A stretch of DNA of 63,712 nt, filler included, from Stramenopiles sp. TOSAG23-2 (lineage: Eukaryota), in the NCBI GenBank assembly GCA_900128395.1. It is 14 parts of 14 records of this genome, joined end to end, with 100 filler letters (N's around TTAATTAATTAA, not from the genome) between each part and the next. Parts side by side here need not be neighbours in the genome. Positions count along the whole stretch, not along the records: positions 9,661 to 14,386 come from LT650826.1; positions 14,487 to 19,211 come from LT650827.1; positions 19,312 to 24,029 come from LT650828.1; 11 more parts are not named here. One strand, written 5' to 3'. The notes under the pieces were generated by a model. It saw only the letters and a list, made by a program, of their open reading frames with translations. It made no database searches and had not been told where the DNA came from. Below, piece after piece: positions 11,584-23,880 of the stretch (position 1 is the stretch's first letter; each line of letters opens with the position of its first letter). The position numbers and the translations under genes are program-made.

Positions 11584-13099
11584 TTTAAATTTTAACTTGT
11601 TTTTGTTTGCTTTTTTTTTTCAAAATGTATATACCAAAAAATATGTTTCTTTTATGATACAATTTCTTTTATATATGTGTGTGAGTGTCGATCTGTTTAT
11701 ATACGCAAAGGGTGATGATTTTTCAATATAGCTTTTGATATCGTTTTCATGTTTCCCATGTTGTTTTTCTCTATTTCAATCTATATATGCCCGTATGATA
11801 GTGCGATACACACAGAATATTCTACCAGGGAGATTCTACTATACATAAATCATCATCTTCTGGCGGCAACAAAATAAAAGTGCAAGTCGTCTATCCCCAA
11901 CAACAATACTAGTCTATAATACAGGTAGCTAGCTCAGCTAGAGCTAGCTCTAGCTACTATTTTATCCTAAATTAGTTCGAAGAAAAACCTTAAAGTTATT
12001 GTTGGACCTATTTTGGATAAATATATATAATACGAAGCTTCGTATAATAATATATGTACAAGTACATGTAATATTAATAATAAAGATATATATATATATA
12101 CATATTAATATATCCACATAAGATAGAAATGAATGGACGCACAAATAAATTAATATGCGTAAATTAAGTTATATTAGAAAATGTATAATATTTTGAATAT
12201 TATTCCTGAGTATATTTACCATGGGAAGTAAAATTAATTAATTTTACCCATCATATTATAATATAATGTCAAACTTTCGTGCAAATACATCCAATCTTCA
12301 AATAAATCTAGAATACAAAACGGCATTACCTTCTATCTGTTTCAACAAATGCACTAAATATTGTTTTCTTGACAGGTTTCACACTTCCTTGAATAGCTTT
12401 CAATGTCGCACCAGCTCCATCTCCAACTCCTCCAACCACAGCTGTTACGTGTTTTTCTTTTAGTTTCAGCACATCATCATTAGTGCATAACAATTCATCA
12501 ATTTGTCATAATAAGATGTTTTTCAAAATGGATATCTTTGATGCAAAAAGTATGAAATAATACGACAATATACAACGTTTTATTTCTAATACAATCGGTT
12601 ACTTTAATTTGTATGATATATATAGGTAGCTATCATTACATATTTGATCGATTTGGATTTTATCATCATCTTTCCATCAACCACAAGGATTTTATACAGT
12701 TGTATATTTTATAGGCAGAATTAGAATATTAAACCTTATACACAACGAAAAATTTCTGAAATTGCACAAATCGCGTTTTCATAAAACTCTTTTTTAAAAA
12801 TATACTAAGTATATATATTAGTATACTAATAGTTCTATCAAATCAAATATCCAAAATCAAAATATATGCACGCACGAAAAGACTTTTACAAGGGATCCAT
12901 ATATATAATTAGAATCATTTTGTTGTTGTACTAAAAGAACAAAGAAGAATAAAATCAACAGGTCGATCACGGAAATATATACTATTATACAAGAGAGAAC
13001 AGTAAATACACAACACATTATAGAGATTAGATACATACATACATACATATATTATTATTATTATTATTAATATAATATAAATTTGAATATAATTATAGA

Positions 13100-13130
<31 letters not shown>

Positions 13131-13156
13131 ATTATAGTATAAAATTTTAAAATAAA

Positions 13157-13603
13157 ATGAGAAAACGTGTTGGATATAAACAAGTCGCAACAGATGAAGA
13201 AGAGGATGAGCCCATGACGGCTGATAAAGTTGCAGAAGCAAATGGCATGGTATATAGTGATGGAATATGGGTGAAACCAGGAATAGAATCTGCTTTGCGA
13301 AATCAAAAAATGGATTATAAGAAAGCACGTGAAAATGTATTGAAAGCAACATTACAGCGTGAGTTAGAAGAATGTAAAGAACGTGAACGAAGAACTGAGA
13401 TTGCTAGTTGGGAACAAATTAAATGTGGCTTGATTGTTTTTGTTATTGTCATCTTATTTATAGTTGGTGTTGTAATGTCATTACCACACGATTTTCATCA
13501 TCATTATGCTGCATCAAGTGCAAAATATAACAAACATAAAGCTGATATATTGGAACATGTTGGTAATGCTTACAATCATTATAAAAAATCTAGGAGATTG
13601 TAA
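13157..13603 (+). CDS. Small single-pass membrane protein, hypothetical
   Basis: 148-aa ORF with a coiled-coil segment and one TM (GLIVFVIVILFIVGVVM). Confidence 0.7.
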   Translation: MRKRVGYKQVATDEEEDEPMTADKVAEANGMVYSDGIWVKPGIESALRNQKMDYKKARENVLKATLQRELEECKERERRTEIASWEQIKCGLIVFVIVILFIVGVVMSLPHDFHHHYAASSAKYNKHKADILEHVGNAYNHYKKSRRL

Positions 13604-14955
13604 ATAAATATACGAGTATAGCTATATATAGATAGCCAGATAGCCACAGATAGGAGTCTGTATACGATTTTTAATGTTGTGTAAAAATACGAGGAGAACT
13701 TTGTGATATTTTATAATTTTTATATAATATAATGTTTGTGTAAAATACGAAAACCAATATCATAAACCATAATCTTGGGGCCCTTTTCTCCCCTCTAACA
13801 AAGTCTTCCCGCCGGTTTTTATACGAATCGTAAATCACATTTTATTCTCAGGACCATTGACAATTGTAATTGTGCCAAGAGGGAAACTGGATATAATCCT
13901 TCGAAAAATTATACATAGAAGAAAAGAAGAGCACTTGTAAGTCCTGGTAATTTGTGTAAATTAATAAATTTATACAGTTCTTCAAATACGGATATTTATT
14001 GTATAACTTTGGAATGGGTGCCTGTATTTTTTGGGAATTTTGAGAACATGATTTTTTTGTCAAAAAAAAGAAAAAAAAAGATTTGTTGAGAACGAAACCG
14101 AGCATTAAAATTTATGTTCGTTTATGAAGCTTTCTATAAAGAAACTACGCGTATGACAAATTCTGCTCGACGTAAAGATCGCAAGAAAATATCAAGATTA
14201 AGTGTAATAGAGCAACGAGCGCAAATGGTGGAACGTAATACGAGTAGTCAGGTTTGAGAAGAAAGAGAGAGAGAGAGAGAGGGAGGGAGAGAGCATGTAA
14301 AATTTGTAAAATTTTAATTTTAAAAGAAGAAGTTATTTAGTCACACATAATATTAGCTTTTAAAATATTCGTATTAAAATTACGATNNNNNNNNNNNNNN
14401 NNNNNNNNNNNNNNNNNNNNNNNNNNNNNNTTAATTAATTAANNNNNNNNNNNNNNNNNNNNNNNNNNNNNNNNNNNNNNNNNNNNCTCTCTCTACTTAC
14501 ATAACTTCTTACTTACTGTATCAAAAAAATTTAATTCATTATTAATTTATTTTTTTAGTTGTGCAGTTGCAGTTCTTCATCATCATTGAAACATTAACAT
14601 TACCCATAACCTTAAATTATAATACAACTCCTCTGTGTTTGTACTTTTTGTAGACTGTGCTACTAATATTTCTATATATCTGTATTTTTATATCTTTTTG
14701 TTCTGTTTGTTTTTTGATTGATTCATTCATTGAAGGCAGGCAGGCAGATCCGAAGAAGATCTTGAGAAGACGAGAGAGGAAGTAGTTCGCTCGTAGTAAA
14801 ATGTACGTTCGTAATTCGTACAATAATGTTTTTTGTGTTTCTCTCTCTAGAATATGGCCCAAAAGAATAATGTAACTGAGGCAATAAATATCTATATCTC
14901 GTTTTTATTAATACGTATATATATTTTTTTAAATAATTTTTTTACGAACCGTATA

Positions 14956-17900
14956 CTACTGTACTTTAGCGTGTACACATTCACACGTATTATCCCATGT
15001 TGTATCGCAAATACATCTGCCTTGACATGGATTATCTGGATCGGGCATACAATGCGTGGGATCGTCACAGCTTTTCCAGAAAAGTCCCGAACCAGCATCA
15101 GGGATTTTAACGCAATCTCCTAAATTAAATTCTTCCCTTTGCTTATTCAAGTGCGAAGTATCACTTATTCCTTCCATTAATGCATCTACTTTGGTAATAA
15201 GCGCATCGTCAACCGCAGCAGCCCCTCCGATATTCTTTATACGTTGTTGAAGATTCAGATTTTTTACTGCATCCATAACTTTATCGGTGGCTGTATTAAT
15301 TGACCCTCGAGTAGCTTCGCAAAGTTCATTTGCCTTTTTATCCATGTTTGTTCCGCGATATGCCGAATCAGCAGCCTCAGCTGCAACAGCACTAGCGGCT
15401 AACATGCATATTGTGCCGCCACCAGCTGCTGCAATAGGAGTTAATGTCATCAAAGCGCCTGCTCCGGCAGCGCATGTAGGAGATGCAGCAGCCATGCCAG
15501 CAAATGAGGCACCAACTGCAATAGCTACATTATCAAATTCTTGACAAGCAGCAACATAACAATTCAGCCATTTATCTTTATATGAAGCTTCGGTGTCTAT
15601 ATGTATTTTTGCTATGCACTCGGTCAACGGTGCTAGAATTGCACCCGCTAATCTAAACATTTTTCCAACCACTTGTGAAGCTTTTTTTATAACCGGTACT
15701 GCAGCTTGTGCTAACTTCTTGCCCCACCTCATTGCTTTGGAGAGAAAATTTCTCGTTCTTTGCACACTTTTTCGAGTCGCATCAATAGCTTTTGTTATAA
15801 TTCTATTATTTGTAATTCGTTTTTTTATGTCCCAACCATCAGGTACCATCTCCATTACGCCCTTCATAGAATCGTAGCATTTCATTGACGCTTCTAAGAG
15901 TTGGTTATACTGCTTTTTTATAGTCTCGACGTCCGCTTTGCCCTTTTCTATGGCATCTTCCACCATTTCATGTGCATTATCAAGAAATTCATGAAAGTTC
16001 ACATCTCCATTTTCATCATCATTTTTGTAGAATTTTGGAAAGTTATAATCTTCAATTGTTGCTTGTAATTCGTCGCCCTTCTTTACCACTTCAGTACATG
16101 AGGTCATTGCACTAAATATTGCCATGGGGCCTTTTTTAAGATATTTGTCGATAAATTTTTTTACTTTTTCTATTTTTGACTTTAATTTAACGCCAAATGT
16201 TCCCAATTTATCTGCTCCTTTCTCCACATTATTCAAACATGACTTGACCTCTTTGATTTTGTTTTTTGCATTACTTACAAGTGTTTCGATTTTAAAATCC
16301 AACTCAAAAACTTTTTCACAACTTTTGCATATGTCTAATCCAACTTCTACAACACCCAAAAAATTATTTAATTTATCGGGTAATACACCATCATTAACTC
16401 TTAGTATTTCGTGGCATTTTTTAAAGTTTTGAAACGATGGATCTGCAGCAGAAGTTCCACAAACTTTTAATATATCAATCAAAACAAAAAATTTCTTGCT
16501 TTTTTCCAATATTTTACCTTTCAACTCTTCAAGCTTTCCTAAGTTTTCATCTACAAATCCACCACCAGTCTTTTTCTTTTCTTGATCAAAAAATTTAACC
16601 TTGTTCATGCTGTCTCCACATTTTTCCAATGATCCGACAATAGTTTTTAATGACTCAAAATTAATATGCTCATTGTTTGTAATTTGTTGAACCACTTCAG
16701 AACATGTATCAAATACTCCAACTCCTTGTTTTGCAATTGTAATAAATTTTCCCACCTCCGTTATAATATCTTTTACTTTTGCAGGAAGCTTTCCTATATC
16801 TTGTACATCTTTAAGTGCTGTTTCAATTTCTGTAATTTTCGTTTTCACTTCATTTAAACCTTCTGGAAATTCAGAAAAAATATTGATTAAGTTTTTAATC
16901 TTTGGAATATATTCCAACGTTGTTTTGGCTATAGTAACAATATTTTTAGGTACGCTTTGAGTTGTTGCCACCACATTGGCAGTTAGTGCAATCTGCTCAA
17001 GTTTATCTTGCACACCTTGCACGCCAGGTTTTTTCATATCGGAAATCACCACCTCGACAAACTTACTTGTAATTTCAACATATTCTTTTATGGTTGTAAG
17101 TGTTTTCTTTACTTTTTCTTTTAATTTAACTGGTAAATTAACTAAATTATTAATTTGCGTAATCGAATTTGTTATTTCATTCAATTTCGGCGATAATTCT
17201 TCTAAGTTGCTAGGTAAATCACTTAGGATTGTTATTAATTTTTTTATCGCTAGTACAAAGTTGTCTATATCAGTTATACTTGTTTCCAGTTTTTTTGGTA
17301 AATCGTCTTTTTTGTCTTTGATCTCATCAAAACATGATTTTATGTTGTCGACGATCGTCTTGGAGGAACCATCGATCCTATCGGGAAATGAAAATTGTTC
17401 GGAACACTTTTCGTAAATATCTAGAACAACTTTGATTTTTCCAGTTAATTCTTTCATTTTGGTAGCAAGTTTTGCTATAGCCTCTAAACCAATTTTTAAT
17501 TGAGGATTATCGATATTTTCTTCATCAATTTTCTCGCTAGCTACTTGTGCATTGTTGTTATTATTACTTCCAGTTTGTGCATCATTGTTATCATTGTCAA
17601 CGTCGTTTTGTCTCCCCCATCTTCCCAACAAGGAAGAAACAACTGCTTTAAAACGAGGACCGTTCCTGCCCCACGGTCGTCGAGAACTACCTGATTTTAA
17701 TTGATATATTGCATTAGTTGCTTGACGTGAACACATATCAAGTTGACTATTAAACGTGTTAAATGATTGAATACTATCAATTTTCGACTTGACAAGATCT
17801 GTTAAATCACGAAGTGATAGCGGGATTTTACCTCCAAAGATTGCACTACAAGCAGCCGTTTTGGCTAAAACTTTTGTCCCTTCATCTTTCAAAGTATTTA

Positions 17901-18249
17901 ACAAGCAATCAAAATCTTGACACCTCATGCGAATATGTTGGTGAACTTCTAGCAGGGTTGTATAGTCTTTGTTTGGTAAATTACTTGTAAAAAATTGTAA
18001 TTGTGAATTCACATCATTCTCAAATGCATTTCCTCGAAGCATTGCTGGACTTTGACGATTGCTATTGAAACCGCTACATAAATTACACACCGGAGCTTGA
18101 CGGGCGTCAACATGTTGCAAGGATTTTTGATAACTGATAGGTGAAAGATCTTCCATGGACACAACATCTTGCAATAATAATATTGCAACTGTTGTAAATA
18201 AATAGACAATGAAGAAAAAACGTTGTGAAAATATAGATGACCAGTCCAT
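14956..18249 (-). CDS. Large secreted helical-repeat protein with Gly/Ala hydrophobic hairpin and Cys-rich C-terminus
   Basis: 1097-aa uninterrupted ORF. N-terminal signal-like hydrophobic stretch, repeated amphipathic helices with paired Cys, and a Cys-rich terminal module. Confidence 0.85.
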   Translation of the reverse strand: MDWSSIFSQRFFFIVYLFTTVAILLLQDVVSMEDLSPISYQKSLQHVDARQAPVCNLCSGFNSNRQSPAMLRGNAFENDVNSQLQFFTSNLPNKDYTTLLEVHQHIRMRCQDFDCLLNTLKDEGTKVLAKTAACSAIFGGKIPLSLRDLTDLVKSKIDSIQSFNTFNSQLDMCSRQATNAIYQLKSGSSRRPWGRNGPRFKAVVSSLLGRWGRQNDVDNDNNDAQTGSNNNNNAQVASEKIDEENIDNPQLKIGLEAIAKLATKMKELTGKIKVVLDIYEKCSEQFSFPDRIDGSSKTIVDNIKSCFDEIKDKKDDLPKKLETSITDIDNFVLAIKKLITILSDLPSNLEELSPKLNEITNSITQINNLVNLPVKLKEKVKKTLTTIKEYVEITSKFVEVVISDMKKPGVQGVQDKLEQIALTANVVATTQSVPKNIVTIAKTTLEYIPKIKNLINIFSEFPEGLNEVKTKITEIETALKDVQDIGKLPAKVKDIITEVGKFITIAKQGVGVFDTCSEVVQQITNNEHINFESLKTIVGSLEKCGDSMNKVKFFDQEKKKTGGGFVDENLGKLEELKGKILEKSKKFFVLIDILKVCGTSAADPSFQNFKKCHEILRVNDGVLPDKLNNFLGVVEVGLDICKSCEKVFELDFKIETLVSNAKNKIKEVKSCLNNVEKGADKLGTFGVKLKSKIEKVKKFIDKYLKKGPMAIFSAMTSCTEVVKKGDELQATIEDYNFPKFYKNDDENGDVNFHEFLDNAHEMVEDAIEKGKADVETIKKQYNQLLEASMKCYDSMKGVMEMVPDGWDIKKRITNNRIITKAIDATRKSVQRTRNFLSKAMRWGKKLAQAAVPVIKKASQVVGKMFRLAGAILAPLTECIAKIHIDTEASYKDKWLNCYVAACQEFDNVAIAVGASFAGMAAASPTCAAGAGALMTLTPIAAAGGGTICMLAASAVAAEAADSAYRGTNMDKKANELCEATRGSINTATDKVMDAVKNLNLQQRIKNIGGAAAVDDALITKVDALMEGISDTSHLNKQREEFNLGDCVKIPDAGSGLFWKSCDDPTHCMPDPDNPCQGRCICDTTWDNTCECVHAKVQ

Positions 18250-19164
18250 TGTTGTACAGTAGATTTTCTTATTGGGAATGAAGTAATTGCATATATATAT
18301 ATAGTATAGCCAACAATAATATTTGATCGTTATATATTATATATATCTTTGTTTAAATACTAAATACTAATGTAGAAACATTTATATTTATAAGAAATAC
18401 AGGGTAGACCAATAGACACACTATTAAAAAAAAAGAAGAAAGTGTTTATTTTATTACCAGCTTAACTTACTAGTTGTCGCTCGCCCCTTTAATTCATGAA
18501 AGAGCCTGACCAGCTGACAACGCAGACTTAGACGACTATCGCCCCTTTTTTGGTGGCTCTATTATACCTTAACCTGATTTAAGATTGCTGCTGATGTATA
18601 TCATCAAAGCATATTTTAATTTTAAAAGGAGAGAAGCAAGACGTAGAAGACGAGACACCAATACTGTAGACTAGTGTGAAGGCCAGGGAAGGGACCGAGT
18701 AATCAAAGCATACCATCTTATTAATCTGGATAAAACTCTATTCAATTTAAGGTGTCATCACTTCTTTTAAGGGAAATGAGAAATGAGAAAGAACTTGACC
18801 TTTTTTTTGTGAGTAGATGTGAGCCTCTCATTTTGCCTTGTTTTATATTTATAATAATTTAATCTTTTTTTTGTGCTTTTCGCTACAGATCATCAAAAAA
18901 AATAAGTTGATCTCCTAGTAATTACTATGGACATACCATTGCATTTACAACAACTTGTATTAATTATTTTGTTGGATGAAACAACCAAAAAGATAGGGGA
19001 GAGATAATAGAATAAATAGTTTGGATCATGTCGATGTATTTAGAAATAGAACCAACTACAAATTTTTTATATATATTATTTGATTAGTATCTGTATTATT
19101 ACTACACCATAGGAGAGAGAGAGAAACAGGAAGAGAACGTATTACAACGACAAAAGCAACAACA

Positions 19165-19211
19165 ATGAAATTGAAATTTTTATTATTTTTATTATTTGCA
19201 TTATTACTTAG
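19165..19211 (+). CDS. 5' fragment of a secreted protein cut by the contig end
   Basis: MKLKFLLFLLFALLL.. signal-peptide-like start running into the linker. Confidence 0.45.
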
Positions 19212-19619
19212 NNNNNNNNNNNNNNNNNNNNNNNNNNNNNNNNNNNNNNNNNNNNTTAATTAATTAANNNNNNNNNNNNNNNNNNNNNNNNNNNNNNNNN
19301 NNNNNNNNNNNATCACAATTAAAAGCTATAGAACAATATAAAAGAGATGGATCAAACGGGTATCAACAAGTGAAATGGATGACGATGTTCACATAATAAT
19401 AAATATTATATATTTATGTACTACCAACTACTTTACCCCTCTATATATTATCCAAATTTCTCATCCATCAGTCCATCAGCCCATCATCCATCATTATAGT
19501 TGCACATTATTAAAATACCTCATCAGCTTTTCTCCTCTTTTCTCCTCCACACTTAGCATGGACTTAGCTGGTTAGCATGGACGCAGGCAGGGCACCATCA
19601 ATATTAATATGTCAATATG

Positions 19620-19824
19620 TCTATCATCTAGGAGATCTATCTCTACTAATAACAGGAATAAGACTATGACTGTATGTCCAGATGTCGTCCAGTCAGTCGT
19701 CTATCATCTAGCCTTAGCTAGGAGATCTATCTGTACTAATAACAGGAATAAGACTATGACTGTATGCCATTCAGTCGTCTATCATCTAGGAGATCTATCT
19801 ATACTAATAACAGGAATAAGACTA
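19620..19824. repeat. Three diverged tandem copies of an approximately 80-bp unit
   Basis: Core tctatcatctaggagatctat.t.tactaataacaggaataagacta at about 19620, 19700 and 19778. Copies differ by short insertions containing local duplications. Confidence 0.9.
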
Positions 19825-20046
19825 CACACACGAGGAGAGAGTCTGTCTGTCTTACTTTCCTCAATCCCAATCCTTCATTGATATATATATATATATATAT
19901 GTATACAATACACATGAATGAGAAAGAATGAATGAACGTTGTGAACTCAAATCAATAGTGTGTAATATACCTGTTTTTAAATAACAGATTTATAGAGATA
20001 TAGAGAGGAAAAGAAAACACCTCTATCAGTCATATCATAGTTTCTG

Positions 20047-20077
<31 letters not shown>

Positions 20078-20116
20078 TAGTATTAGTAATATATATATTA
20101 TAACAGATATATAATC

Positions 20117-20281
20117 ATGCCAAGAAAAGAATATCAACCATTACCAATATTAATACGTGGTAGGAACAAAAAAAAACCTTTAGTCACAAATCCAAACTTA
20201 ATGACAACACCAGTTGATCTTAGTTTATTTTTTTATTTAGGTGGTAAATTAGAACATCCAAAAGGAGCATCGATGTTGTAA
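20117..20281 (+). CDS. Putative 54-aa microprotein
   Basis: Manually read ORF MPRKEYQPLPILIRGRNKKKPLVTNPNLMTTPVDLSLFFYLGGKLEHPKGASML*, a coding-like island between TA-rich flanks. It is below the ORF-track cutoff. Confidence 0.4.
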   Translation: MPRKEYQPLPILIRGRNKKKPLVTNPNLMTTPVDLSLFFYLGGKLEHPKGASML

Positions 20282-21020
20282 ATATATTGTATACATATAT
20301 TATATATGGTCTATATATATATATATATGACAAAGTATATTTTTTTAATTATATTAATACTTTGATAAATTAGTCAATATATATACACAAATGTATAACT
20401 GTGATATATATATATACGTAGTATTTTGTAGATGAAGTAGCGCGAAGAAATTTCTCATGTACAATTGTATTGTAATTAATATATAATGCCTTGTTTTTTG
20501 TAATGTACACCGTGAGAGAGAGAGAGAGAGAACAGAAGAAGAGTATCTAGGAATAAAAACATTTTTTGAGTAATATATATATATATATGATTGATAAATA
20601 ATATTCTTTCTGAAATGACTATAAACGTCCGTCACAACTCTTCTTCTTGCCACTGCTTCAATTTTATTTTCTGAACGACGACGTGGACAAAAATGTTTTT
20701 ATAATTCTAGAACAAATTCTTTAATATTAATATATATATATTTTATAAATGTTTTTTTTTTTTAAATACTTTCTCACATCCCTGTCTTAGCGTGTGTAAA
20801 AATTTGTTTTCTTTTTCTCTCTTTTCCTTCCTACGCTTCCCTTTACACATATATTAATCAAAACAACATCAAACCAAACACCGTTGATATCATAGGATAA
20901 CTATATTTGAATATCACATTATATTTTCGTACACATGATTAAATATAAACTATAACGTACTACACGATACATTGTAATAACAAACAATAATGACGTGTAC
21001 CATATCATAAACACATATAT

Positions 21021-22595
21021 TTATTCGACTTTAAATTTCTTTTCCCATATATCATCTGGTATCTCTGTTGGCTTTGTTTCATCTAAATATGGTAGAACTT
21101 CTTCTATTTTATTTTTCCAATGAGCACCAACAGATTTAATATTTTGAACACATTGTTCTGAATTTGGAATTAATGTAATTGCAACACCTTTCCTACCCAT
21201 ACGGCCAGCACGCCCTACACGTTGTAAATATGCTTCTGGATCTGGTGTTTTTTTATCACGTAGTTTTGGCAATTCGATACTGATGACATGTGTCACATCG
21301 GGGATATCAATACCGCGACCAATAACATCTGTACTAACTAAACGTGTAGTACGTTTCTGAATAAAATCAGATAAAACTTGATCACGTTGACGTGGAGTCA
21401 TAGCATCTTTGCCTTTTCCTCCATACAATTCACCTACAGTGTGTTTTTCCTTTCGTAAATACTCTGCTACTTGTTTACCATACGCACGTTGATTGACAAA
21501 CACAATCATTTGCTTCATGTCCAATTCGCAACCAAAAAGTTCACTTAATACAAATAAAATATGGTTCAAACCGTTTGGATCATTTCCAGGCAAACATTTC
21601 ATATAGTATTGTTTTACGTTTTTCAATACTAAATCTTTTTCTGCCACCTCAATCTTAATTGGATTCTTTAACAATGCTAAACATTTCTTTTTATTATCCG
21701 GGGAATAAGTTGCACTAAATGCAATCATTTGTATGTCATTGCGATGTTTAAACGTTTTATGCTTTATAATTTTCATAGTATGGGCGGAACCCATTAAATT
21801 ATCCGCTTCATCTAATACAATGCATTTTAAACTATCTTTTACCTTCGTAATTTTACGATTTTCTAATTTACCAAATATACTTCCAGCAGTACCAATGATG
21901 ATATGTTCCGTTATCTTTGCATTGTCTTTTTTTTCATCACGTCCAGTTGGAATCACTCTTTTAAACGTATATGCCCCATTTGCTGCATATGTTAAATCCT
22001 CAAACACGTTGTATTGTTGTTGCACTAACTCCCTCGTATTACAGATAACAATAGCTTGCGTTTGCTTTATATTTGCATCAATACGACCTAAAATACCTAA
22101 ACCAAATGCAAATGTTTTACCACTACCATTTTTTCCTTGTGCAAATATATGTTTACCTTTTAATATATCTGGTACAGTTGCAACTTGAATCTTAGTCATT
22201 TTTGTATATCCAAACTTCTGATCAATGGATTCTTTCAATATTGCTGGTAATCCATCTTCTTTAACGCATTGTTCAAATGTTTTTTCCCCTAAATACTCTT
22301 TGCTACCATCAGGTAATACTTTTAAAATTTCTGTTGCAAATGCCTCTTTACCTAATGGCATTTGTACGGATTTCGATTCTTTTTTTTCCTTTTCATCACT
22401 TTTTTTATTGTCTGTATTATTATTATTGTTATCTTTGTCGTTTACGTTATCACTAATTGTTAAGTTTTTTAATTCTGGAGGTAATTCTGCATTTGGATTT
22501 AAATCTGTTTTCTTGGTTGTTGTTACTTTTTGAGGTTTTTGTTCTGCTTCTTCTTCGTCAGCTGCATCTGCCCAATTTGTTGTTAATGATGCCAT
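21021..22595 (-). CDS. DBP5: DEAD-box RNA helicase of the DBP5/DDX19 mRNA-export family
   Basis: N-terminal WADAADEEE, Q motif (MTKIQ), AQGKNGSGKT, TRELV, LDEAD, FSAT, IVFV, STDVIGRGID, and PDPEAYLQRVGRAGRMGRKG. Confidence 0.85.
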   Translation of the reverse strand: MASLTTNWADAADEEEAEQKPQKVTTTKKTDLNPNAELPPELKNLTISDNVNDKDNNNNNTDNKKSDEKEKKESKSVQMPLGKEAFATEILKVLPDGSKEYLGEKTFEQCVKEDGLPAILKESIDQKFGYTKMTKIQVATVPDILKGKHIFAQGKNGSGKTFAFGLGILGRIDANIKQTQAIVICNTRELVQQQYNVFEDLTYAANGAYTFKRVIPTGRDEKKDNAKITEHIIIGTAGSIFGKLENRKITKVKDSLKCIVLDEADNLMGSAHTMKIIKHKTFKHRNDIQMIAFSATYSPDNKKKCLALLKNPIKIEVAEKDLVLKNVKQYYMKCLPGNDPNGLNHILFVLSELFGCELDMKQMIVFVNQRAYGKQVAEYLRKEKHTVGELYGGKGKDAMTPRQRDQVLSDFIQKRTTRLVSTDVIGRGIDIPDVTHVISIELPKLRDKKTPDPEAYLQRVGRAGRMGRKGVAITLIPNSEQCVQNIKSVGAHWKNKIEEVLPYLDETKPTEIPDDIWEKKFKVE

Positions 22596-23500
22596 TATTT
22601 ATTTAATTTTTAAAATTTTTTTATTAATTTATATTTTTTTTTATTTTTTATTGTTATTTTAATTTATTATTGTTATTATTATTTATGATTGTTATTATTA
22701 TGTTTTTGTTACTTGTATACGTTTGCTTTTTTGTTAATTCTTGTTCATATATATACATATATATTGATGTGTGAAATGCATATCGCACACACACACACAC
22801 ACATATGCTGGAGTTCATTCATTTTAAATGAAATTATTTGTGTTTTTAATAAAATGTGTTAAGTACAACTACAAATGCACGATAATAATATGTAAATACT
22901 ATTGCTTGATAGGATCCCTCAATCGTAGTGTCGGTCAGATCAAAACCAAATCATCGAAATTGGTGGTAGCTAGAGGAAATTGAGAAGTGGTTCGGGAAAG
23001 TAGTCTAGTCTAATTTCATAATCAAGTATAAATTATGAAACATTTGATAGGCCAGGAAGTGTTAGAGTTAGGGTTAGGAGGAAGCCGGTAGCAAATAGTA
23101 TAACAATTAATATATGAATAATCTACTTTTTTGATAGCATTTTTATTCGTCTTTCTAAAAATTTTTAATAAACACACAAACACACGCACTAAATCACCAA
23201 CAATTTGACTCGACTATAAGATACACGCACGCATGTACGCATGCTGCACGCACTATTACCAACTAGACGACTGTTGTACAAATAATTATGATGAAAAGAT
23301 CCTCTCCTCACTCTCTAGCTTTACCGGGACAATGCGAGGACAAAGAATCTAATCTACAATTAAATTCAAATACGTTACCTTCTATACCGCTAACGACCAA
23401 AAAGCGTTAAAATGGGGGCCGATTTGACACCAATATATACTCGTCATCGATATATATATATATTGATGTAAATATGCTTCCAAACGTATATTTTCTGTTG

Positions 23501-23880
23501 CTAATGTGGGCTGGTGCAATCATCTGTCTCATCCATTGAATATTTTCTAGCACGGCCAGTAATTTTTTTTACACCAGTATCACGTTGGTTGACATTTAAA
23601 TCACCTTTACCTTTTCCAGCAAATTCACCATATATGTCATGATCATTTGCTTTTCCGCCATATTTTCGTATCAATTTAATAATTTTATTATCAGCGTTGT
23701 AAAATATCTTGTTCAATTTATGAGCTTGATCTAACGGCGTTGAACCATCATCTGCTTTCTTATTAATATCATCTAAAGACATTTTTTGTAGTAATAATTC
23801 AATAGCATTTTGATTCATGGTCACATTTTCATCCCATAAACATGCGAAATGTAATGCATTAAAACCTTTCGTATCTTGTG
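23501..23880 (-). CDS. C-terminal fragment of an ankyrin-repeat protein
   Basis: The frame extends upstream of the listed ORF to DTKGFNALHFAC..AIELLL..INKKADDGSTPLDQA (ankyrin consensus). No 5' end is identifiable. Confidence 0.7.

Noticed and set aside
12320-12500. Minus-strand coding-like stretch (DELLCTNDDVLKLKEKHVTAVVGGVGDGAG..)
   Set aside because: Bounded by stops, with no start or recognisable domain. Possibly a decayed gene, but not supportable.
23061-23078. Telomere-like GTTAGAGTTAGGGTTAGG
   Set aside because: Only about three degenerate units, internal to a contig.
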